Source of the DNA: Candidatus Saccharimonadota bacterium | GTDB taxonomy: Bacteria; Patescibacteriota; Saccharimonadia; CAILAD01; BJGX01 | Assembly: GCA_046350735.1 (NCBI GenBank) | Contig: JAXLZU010000002.1 | Span: 16,219 to 80,218, forward strand | Direction: 5' to 3' | Length of the DNA: 64,000 nucleotides | Position numbers and translations under genes: made by a program | Notes under the pieces: model-generated | The model's input: only the letters and a program-made list of their open reading frames with translations | Databases searched by the model: none | Told to the model about the DNA's origin: nothing | Part shown: one piece after another, positions 57,618 through 64,000 of the stretch | Layout of the letters: every line of letters starts with the position of its first letter | Numbering within the stretch: position 1 is the stretch's first letter

Positions 57618-58253
57618 TTAATTATTTGCTTCTGCAAGTAGCTTTTGGCGGGCTATCCGCTTTTCCCTGGTAGTAAGCCGTGGCAAGTTATACCTAACTC
57701 CTGTACCGTGCAAAACAAATTGTTGTCTATCTGTCTTTTCTGGCTTGCGCCAAAACGCGATTCGGTCTGGTGGGTATGTGGAAACAAGCTCATCGCATGG
57801 CATTGGATTATGGTCGAACCAACTATCCAGCCAGAAACACCCTCTCTGGACTGTCTGATCACCTACCTTCACCCAAACTTCAGCTTTGTAAATGTTGCCA
57901 AAAGCGTCGTTTTGCATAGCGGTAATGCGGACTCGCACTTCTACCGCGTCTGCACCGGCGCGCAGCGATCCCTCTGCGAGATAAACATCAATTTTGTATG
58001 GGTAGTGACAATCTGCCCACCACAGCGACTGATCGTCTGGATTGGCTTCTTTGCGTGCCTCAAATTCCTCAGATGTACCATGCGTATGACACTCGCCTTT
58101 CTGCAAACATTCTTCCCAGCTCGCTACTTTTACGAAGGTCCACTGCTCGTGTACCGTAACTCTGAGCCCAAAGTCCTCTCTAAGGATTTGGCTCAAATTG
58201 GTCACAAACATTGCAGTAGTACGAGGAATTCGAATCTCACTCGTCTTTGTCAT
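57618..58253 (-). CDS. Hypothetical accessory protein (Trp/Cys/His-rich)
   Basis: AGGAAGG SD; terminator near 57577-57602. Confidence 0.7.
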   Translation of the reverse strand: MTKTSEIRIPRTTAMFVTNLSQILREDFGLRVTVHEQWTFVKVASWEECLQKGECHTHGTSEEFEARKEANPDDQSLWWADCHYPYKIDVYLAEGSLRAGADAVEVRVRITAMQNDAFGNIYKAEVWVKVGDQTVQRGCFWLDSWFDHNPMPCDELVSTYPPDRIAFWRKPEKTDRQQFVLHGTGVRYNLPRLTTREKRIARQKLLAEANN

Positions 58254-58356
58254 TGCACCTTCCTAACCTATGGGCTTGGTTCGTACTACTCGCCTGTGGG
58301 TGAGTAGATTGCTTACATATAATATCATAATTAATACATTTTGTAAATACTCTTAT

Positions 58357-59184
58357 TTACATCCCTGTAGGGTCCCAGCAGGTGCGGAAGTTTTCGTTGA
58401 GGTTCTCAATTTGCTCCATATCTTCTTTGTCTAGCTCGAAATCAAAGATATTTATGTTTTCTACTATACGAACTTCATTGGTACTTTTGGGAATAATTAC
58501 GTTGCCTAACTGTAAGCTCCAACGTAGCATTACCTGAGCTTCAGTCTTGGCATGCTTGGCAGCAATAGAAAGCAAAGTGCCATCCTGCATTCGTCGGCCA
58601 TGCGCTAGCGGACTATATGCCGTAAGTACAATATTATTTTCGCGACAATAATCGAGCAATAACTTCTGATTGAGGTAAGGATGAAATTCTACCTGGTTAA
58701 CTGCTGGTATAACATCGGTATGCTCGAGCAACTCAGCCAATTGTTCTTCGGTAAAGTTACTTACACCTATTGCTTTAGCACGGCCAGATTTCTGAATCTC
58801 AATAAGTGCCTTCCAGCTCTCAAGTCGTTTTTCTGGCACTGGCCAATGCAGCAGATACATATCTACATAGTCCATACCAAGCCGCTTTAACGATTTATCA
58901 AAAGCCTTTATGGCAGAGTCGTAACCCTGGTCATGATTCCATAATTTGGTTGTTACAAAAAGATCTTTACGTGCAACACCACTCTCTTTGAGGGCCTTGC
59001 CAACACTCTTTTCATTTAGGTAGATACGGGCAGTATCAAAATGTCTATAACCTGCTGCTAGGGCGTGGCCTATAGATTTATGAACGCTAGGGCCAGGAGC
59101 AATCTTCCAGGTACCAAATCCTACCACAGGCATTTTGGTACCAGTATTGAGTGTTATGGTTGAGCTGGGGGTTAATTTACTCAT
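58357..59184 (-). CDS. Aldo/keto reductase
   Basis: GFGTW, GYRHFDTA..Y.NE, TTKLWN, LLHWP, IGVSNF, IPKS. Confidence 0.97.
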   Translation of the reverse strand: MSKLTPSSTITLNTGTKMPVVGFGTWKIAPGPSVHKSIGHALAAGYRHFDTARIYLNEKSVGKALKESGVARKDLFVTTKLWNHDQGYDSAIKAFDKSLKRLGMDYVDMYLLHWPVPEKRLESWKALIEIQKSGRAKAIGVSNFTEEQLAELLEHTDVIPAVNQVEFHPYLNQKLLLDYCRENNIVLTAYSPLAHGRRMQDGTLLSIAAKHAKTEAQVMLRWSLQLGNVIIPKSTNEVRIVENINIFDFELDKEDMEQIENLNENFRTCWDPTGM

Positions 59185-59235
59185 ACTTCTTATTGTAACA
59201 GAAACTTTTTTTGAGCCGGGATAATGCCGTTACTC

Positions 59236-59264
59236 TTGCAATTTTATACAATCTGTGCTATACT
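59236..59264 (+). promoter_or_regulatory. sigma70 promoter with a long structured leader for the DEAD helicase
   Basis: TTGCAA-N17 (ending TGc)-TATACT; about 140-nt hairpin-rich UTR. Confidence 0.7.
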
Positions 59265-59407
59265 TATTTGACTGTTTGAATAGAACGCCTATCTAGCTTG
59301 ATAGGTATGAGCTCTCATAATTTATATAAGTTATTTGAATCTCTTGTCTCTGTTCTGACAAAGAGAACAATAACTAAGACTTACCATTTTTGGTATATAA
59401 GGAAAAA

Positions 59408-60607
59408 ATGAAATATTCATCTAAAGGCGCCAAACAACGTCGTTATGGACGTGGTGCAAAACAATTTAATACAAATAGAACTCGTAATAACAAGCAAAAA
59501 TTTACTATTGATATCAATAAATATGTAAAAAAGGCAGAAACCGTTCAAGAACAAGTAACATATATTCCACAGCATAGTTTTAGCGAGTTTAAAATAGATG
59601 AGAGAATTAAGAAGAACATTCGCGATCGACACTTTGAGACACCATCGGCCATTCAGGACCAATCTATCGAGCCAATCTTAGAAGGTCGCGATCTCGTTGG
59701 CACTGCTCAGACGGGTACCGGCAAAACAGGAGCCTTCTTAATACCGCTTATTGATCAGACTTTGCGCAACCCAAAGCAACACAATCTTATTATTGTGCCA
59801 ACCCGCGAGCTTGCTAATCAAATTAATGACGAGTTACGTTTGTTTGCAAAAGACCTCAAAATATTCTCTACAATCTGTATTGGTGGAGCCAATATTAGTC
59901 GCCAAATAGAAGGCTTACGTCGCAAACCACAATTTGTCATAGCTACACCAGGTAGACTAAAAGATTTACACGAGCGTCGAGCTATTAGTCTAGATACCTT
60001 CTCCGTGATTGTCTTAGACGAAGTAGATAGAATGCTCGATATGGGATTTGTGCATGACATACGATTTATTATTTCTCACTTACCAAAGAAGCGACAATCA
60101 CTCTTCTTCTCTGCAACACTACAAAACGAAGTGAGAAACATTATGGCAACTTTCTTAAACGACCCAGTAATTGTGCATGTTGACAGTAATAACTCTGCCA
60201 AGAATGTCGACCAAGACATTGTGCAGCTAGAAGCTAGTGACAATAAAACCGAAAAACTCCACGAGTTACTGAGCCAAGAAGACTTTTCTAAAGTATTGGT
60301 TTTTTCTCGCACCAAACATGGTGCCGACAAGATCTCGCGGGCACTTAATCAGAAGGGCTATAGAGTAGATGCTATTCATGGCGACAAATCTCAGTCGCGA
60401 CGTGAGCAGGTACTGCGCAAATTTAAATCTGACAGCATTAATATTTTGGTAGCTACCGATGTAGCTGCTCGTGGTATTGATATCAAAGATGTTTCGCACG
60501 TTATTAACTACGACGAACCTGAAACCTACCAAGATTACATTCATCGTATTGGTCGAACCGGACGTGCTGGCAAGACTGGTAAAGCTCTTACCTTTATTCA
60601 GCGCTAA
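59408..60607 (+). CDS. DEAD-box RNA helicase
   Basis: AQTGTGKT, PTRELA, TPGRL, DEVD, SAT, ARGID, HRIGRTGRAG. Confidence 0.97.
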   Translation: MKYSSKGAKQRRYGRGAKQFNTNRTRNNKQKFTIDINKYVKKAETVQEQVTYIPQHSFSEFKIDERIKKNIRDRHFETPSAIQDQSIEPILEGRDLVGTAQTGTGKTGAFLIPLIDQTLRNPKQHNLIIVPTRELANQINDELRLFAKDLKIFSTICIGGANISRQIEGLRRKPQFVIATPGRLKDLHERRAISLDTFSVIVLDEVDRMLDMGFVHDIRFIISHLPKKRQSLFFSATLQNEVRNIMATFLNDPVIVHVDSNNSAKNVDQDIVQLEASDNKTEKLHELLSQEDFSKVLVFSRTKHGADKISRALNQKGYRVDAIHGDKSQSRREQVLRKFKSDSINILVATDVAARGIDIKDVSHVINYDEPETYQDYIHRIGRTGRAGKTGKALTFIQR

Positions 60608-60625
60608 AAACTACTTTCTATAAAC

Positions 60626-60659
60626 CATTAAAACACCCTATTAATAGGGTGTTTTAATG
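60626..60659. terminator. Perfect 34-bp palindrome / terminator
   Basis: CATTAAAACACCCTATT-AATAGGGTGTTTTAATG. Confidence 0.75.
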
Positions 60660-60713
60660 TATAATAAACATAAGTGTAATTGTGCTTACAAATAATTACA
60701 TCTTTTTATCTTT

Positions 60714-62498
60714 ATGGATCAAACCTCCCCTACCCAACAAGCAAAAGAAGCCCAGGTGCAAAAACAAGCAGCTGGTGCTCCTAATGCTGCTCCTGCAACC
60801 AAAGATACCAATCAGACCAATAGTACTGACTCGGTTAGCTTAGAGCCAACAGACAAGAAAAATCTCGAAGCAATTCTCAAAGAAGATCTTGTAAAAAAAG
60901 GTCTTATTAAGCCAGAGTCTATAAAAGACATTGAACATGCCATAACAACTTACAATATTAACTTAATTGACTATCTTATTAGTCAAAACATTGTTAGTAA
61001 AGAAAATATTGGCCAAACTGTTGCCGAGCATTATGGCTGTAACTATATCGACCTCGAAGTAAACCAGCCAAGCAAAGAGCTAATAAGGGTATTACCAGAA
61101 GAAATTAGCATTGGAAATCGTATAGTCGTGGTTGATGCCGATGAGCAAAGTGTATTACTTACTACCGATAACCCAACTACACCTGGCCTGCTTGCCAAGG
61201 TGCAGGCGCTTTTTGGTGGTAAGCATATTAGTCTTGCTTACTCATTACCAGAAGATCTCGATTCTGTTTTGGTATACTACCGCAAACCACTTGAGACACG
61301 GTTTAATAAAATCATTCAAGAACAAGCCCATATTGCTCCAGAAATTATTGATGAAATTATTAAGGATGCAATTATTCTTGATGTAAGTGATATTCATTTT
61401 GAGCCACAAGAGAACGTGGTGGTAATTCGGTTTCGTATAGATGGTGTTTTGCACGAAGCAGGACAGATACCCAAACAGTATTACGAGAAAATCTTAAATC
61501 GCCTAAAGGTTCAGTCGAATATGCGTATTGATGAGCATGGCTCGAGCCAAGATGGAGCTATTCGTTATATTGCCGATGAAGAACCAATTGATATACGTAT
61601 CTCAATTGTCCCCACTCTAGATGGTGAGAAGGTTGCACTGCGTCTTTTGGCTGGTTATTCTCGCAATCTCAACTTTAAAAATCTAGGCTTTAATGTAGTA
61701 AATTTAAAAACCATCAACGACCAAATACATCGACCCTTCGGTATGATTGTTACTACCGGACCAACCGGCTCGGGTAAAACTACTACGCTATATGCTCTAC
61801 TCAAACAATTAAATAACCCCGATATTAACGTAACAACTATTGAAGACCCTGTAGAGTATAAAATTTACGGTGTAAATCAAATTCAGGTCAATACCAGTAC
61901 CAATCTTACATTTACCGAAGGTTTGCGCACTATTGTTCGACAAGATCCAGACATTATTCTTGTGGGTGAAATTCGCGACAAAGCTACGGCGAAGTTGGCC
62001 GTAAACGCTGCTCTTACTGGACATTTACTCTTCTCAACGTTTCATGCTAATGATGCATCTACAGCAATACCGCGTTTTGTCGACATGGGTGTCGAGCCAT
62101 TCCTGCTAGCATCGACTCTCAATGCCATTATTGCTCAGCGTTTGGTACGCCTTATTCATCCTCAATGTCGTATGAAGTATACTGTTTCGTTAGAAGAACT
62201 AAAAGCTCACTTGCCAACTGCAGGTAATTATTTTACAGAACCAAAAGTAACCCTCTACTATGGTAAGGGCTGTGAAGCCTGCAATTATACCGGTTTTAAA
62301 GGTCGCTCGGCCATTTACGAGATAATTACCGTTACTCCAAACATGAAAAAGCTTATTATGCAGAACCCATCGGGCGAAGAAATCTGGCAACTTGCTCGTT
62401 CTGAAGGTGTAAAGAGCTTGTTTGAAGATGGTCTCGATAAGGTTAAGGCCGGCAGAACAACCTTAGAGGAGTTGATGCGTGTCGCCGAATCAAAATAA
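60714..62498 (+). CDS. pilB: Type IV pilus / T2SS assembly ATPase (PilB/GspE)
   Basis: SDIHFEP, GPTGSGKTTTLY, TIEDPVEY, RQDPDIILVGEIRD, TGHL. Confidence 0.92.
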   Translation: MDQTSPTQQAKEAQVQKQAAGAPNAAPATKDTNQTNSTDSVSLEPTDKKNLEAILKEDLVKKGLIKPESIKDIEHAITTYNINLIDYLISQNIVSKENIGQTVAEHYGCNYIDLEVNQPSKELIRVLPEEISIGNRIVVVDADEQSVLLTTDNPTTPGLLAKVQALFGGKHISLAYSLPEDLDSVLVYYRKPLETRFNKIIQEQAHIAPEIIDEIIKDAIILDVSDIHFEPQENVVVIRFRIDGVLHEAGQIPKQYYEKILNRLKVQSNMRIDEHGSSQDGAIRYIADEEPIDIRISIVPTLDGEKVALRLLAGYSRNLNFKNLGFNVVNLKTINDQIHRPFGMIVTTGPTGSGKTTTLYALLKQLNNPDINVTTIEDPVEYKIYGVNQIQVNTSTNLTFTEGLRTIVRQDPDIILVGEIRDKATAKLAVNAALTGHLLFSTFHANDASTAIPRFVDMGVEPFLLASTLNAIIAQRLVRLIHPQCRMKYTVSLEELKAHLPTAGNYFTEPKVTLYYGKGCEACNYTGFKGRSAIYEIITVTPNMKKLIMQNPSGEEIWQLARSEGVKSLFEDGLDKVKAGRTTLEELMRVAESK

Positions 62499-63684
62499 CC
62501 CCGTTACAGATATTAAGCCAGTTGCAGCTATGCAGACGCAGAGCAAAGACCAAGTCTTTAAAGACGCCAAGAATGTTCGTCCAGCAGCCAGGGGCGTGGA
62601 ACAGTCTAAAGTAAAGAAGTTATCACCTCACGCCGTTAGTAGAGATAGTAAGGAATATCTAGTAGATAACCTAAGTATGCTGATTGCCTCAGGTGTCTCG
62701 GTTGGTGAAGCACTCGATACTATCGGTAAAGAAATGCCCAATAAAAAAGTTCGTGAAGTTATTACAGAAATGCGTAATAAGGTAGATGAGGGTAGTGCTT
62801 TCTGGTTGGCCTTGCGTGATAGCGGTATACTCAATACCTCTTCAGTAGCTATTATTCATGCAGGTGAAGAATCTGGACGACTGTCAGAAAATCTACACGT
62901 TGTCGCCGAACAGATTCATAAAAGCAACATGATGACTGCCAAGGTGCGTTCGGCACTTCTCTATCCAGCATTTTTGATTGTATTGCTAATTGTTGTAGGT
63001 AGTGGCATTGGCCTGTTCTTACTACCAAAACTAGCAGATATATTTAAGGGACTCAATATGAAGCTGCCCTGGTATACTACTGCACTTATATCTTTTGGAA
63101 CATTTTGGGGAAAATGGGGATTGCTTATAACTATCTTGTTCTTTGTAGTATTAGTTATTATTGTTTTGCTCTCTCTCTACACCAAAACTGGCAAGAAACT
63201 CTCTGAGATACTCCTTTTTCAATTACCGGGAGTTAATCAACTGCTCTATCAATCTGAGATTTCACGGTTTGGATTCATTCTAGGTTCTCTCTTAGAGGCA
63301 GGTTTGCCGGTAGTAGAGGCTCTCGATTCTTTAGCTGACTCAATGGCAACTACCCGATATCGCAGTATTATCGCTAAAATGAAAGTTAGTATAGAAGAAG
63401 GCAATACATTTGCTACAACCTTTGAACGTATTACTGATAAAAAGGCTTTTCCAGGCCCAATACGGCAACTTATTGTCAGTGCAGAAAAATCGGGTAACCT
63501 GCCTGAGGTTCTTTTAAAACTGAGTAAGTTATATGAAGATAAGGCAGAAATTACTGCAAAAAATTTAGAGACAATGATAGAACCAATCATTTTAGTATTA
63601 ATTGCTATTGGTGTGTTATTTGTTGCATTGGCTGTAATAGTACCTATCTATAGTCTTATTGGTGGCCTGGAGCCCAAGAATTAA
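62479..63684 (+). CDS. pilC: Type IV pilus / T2SS platform protein (PilC/GspF)
   Basis: GEESGRL, ALLYP, AEKSGNL, MIEP; start may be 62530. Confidence 0.92.
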   Translation: MSPNQNNPVTDIKPVAAMQTQSKDQVFKDAKNVRPAARGVEQSKVKKLSPHAVSRDSKEYLVDNLSMLIASGVSVGEALDTIGKEMPNKKVREVITEMRNKVDEGSAFWLALRDSGILNTSSVAIIHAGEESGRLSENLHVVAEQIHKSNMMTAKVRSALLYPAFLIVLLIVVGSGIGLFLLPKLADIFKGLNMKLPWYTTALISFGTFWGKWGLLITILFFVVLVIIVLLSLYTKTGKKLSEILLFQLPGVNQLLYQSEISRFGFILGSLLEAGLPVVEALDSLADSMATTRYRSIIAKMKVSIEEGNTFATTFERITDKKAFPGPIRQLIVSAEKSGNLPEVLLKLSKLYEDKAEITAKNLETMIEPIILVLIAIGVLFVALAVIVPIYSLIGGLEPKN

Positions 63685-64000
63685 TGGCTAAACAACGCTT
63701 TGGTCTAACTGTTATTGAGCTTATTCTCAGTCTTGGTATTATACTTATCTTATTTGCGGTGAGTGTTCCGTTGCTACGTTCTTTTCTTCTACGGAATGAC
63801 TTAGATGTAGTACAAAACACCGTGGTACAAGATACGTATCGAGCTATCAATCTTGCTACTTCAGGCGAACGCGATAGTAATTGGGGTGTTAAAATAACAA
63901 CTGGACAGATTACTGTCTTTAGCGGTAACAGCTATGCCACTCGCAATGTTAATTACGACGAAACATATAGCTTGGCATCTGGGGTAACTATTTCTGGCCA
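63684..64000 (+). CDS. Type IV pilin-like protein (runs off the window; not in ORF track)
   Basis: MAKQRFG-LTVIELILSLGIILILFAV class III signal peptide; TAATG-coupled to pilC. Confidence 0.85.
   Translation, partial: MAKQRFGLTVIELILSLGIILILFAVSVPLLRSFLLRNDLDVVQNTVVQDTYRAINLATSGERDSNWGVKITTGQITVFSGNSYATRNVNYDETYSLASGVTISG

Noticed and set aside
57645-58307. Long antisense ORF (220 aa, +), and similar antisense ORFs over recA, pnp and polA
   Set aside because: Shadow frames opposite genes that have proper signals or clear homology.
1-64000. CRISPR array, IS/transposase, integron attC array, rRNA
   Set aside because: No regularly spaced repeats, transposase or integrase motifs, or rRNA sequence were seen; the cassette hairpins look like terminators rather than attC sites.

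Overview
AT-rich bacterial chromosome segment that looks like a Patescibacteria/CPR genome, probably Saccharibacteria-like (inference from gene content and style). The core genes are rpsF (partial), recX-recA, yajQ, rodZ-like, ftsK, rnj, udg, pnp, rpsO, truB, rpsT, holA, mutM, polA, rpoD, dnaG, a Mur ligase, dus, an LCP protein, rarA, a DEAD helicase and pilB/pilC/pilin; many of them appear leaderless. About 20 accessory cassettes are scattered between them, typically with a sigma70-type promoter, a strong Shine-Dalgarno (SD) and a terminator. Main observations: (1) 15 accessory leaders share a hexamer GYACCY, in 12 cases 16-21 nt upstream of the start codon, and it is absent from the SD-led core genes. 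(2) A 2.5-kb minus-strand RNA locus runs promoter > Arg-rich microprotein > perfect type III hammerhead ribozyme > ~825-nt multi-pseudoknot giant RNA (GOLLD-like) > tmRNA > tRNA-Lys > tRNA-Glu > further hairpin RNAs, followed by a phage-like ORF and a polynucleotide-kinase-like gene. (3) A second perfect hammerhead ends another GYACCY cassette just upstream of holA. (4) The cassettes encode host-takeover-type products: two stand-alone RNAP alpha-CTD proteins, an anti-sigma-like zinc finger, PyrH, Gmk and a MazG-like protein. Together these suggest a chromosomally dispersed, RNA-controlled accessory regulon, which is a hypothesis. All family calls are by eye, with no database searches.
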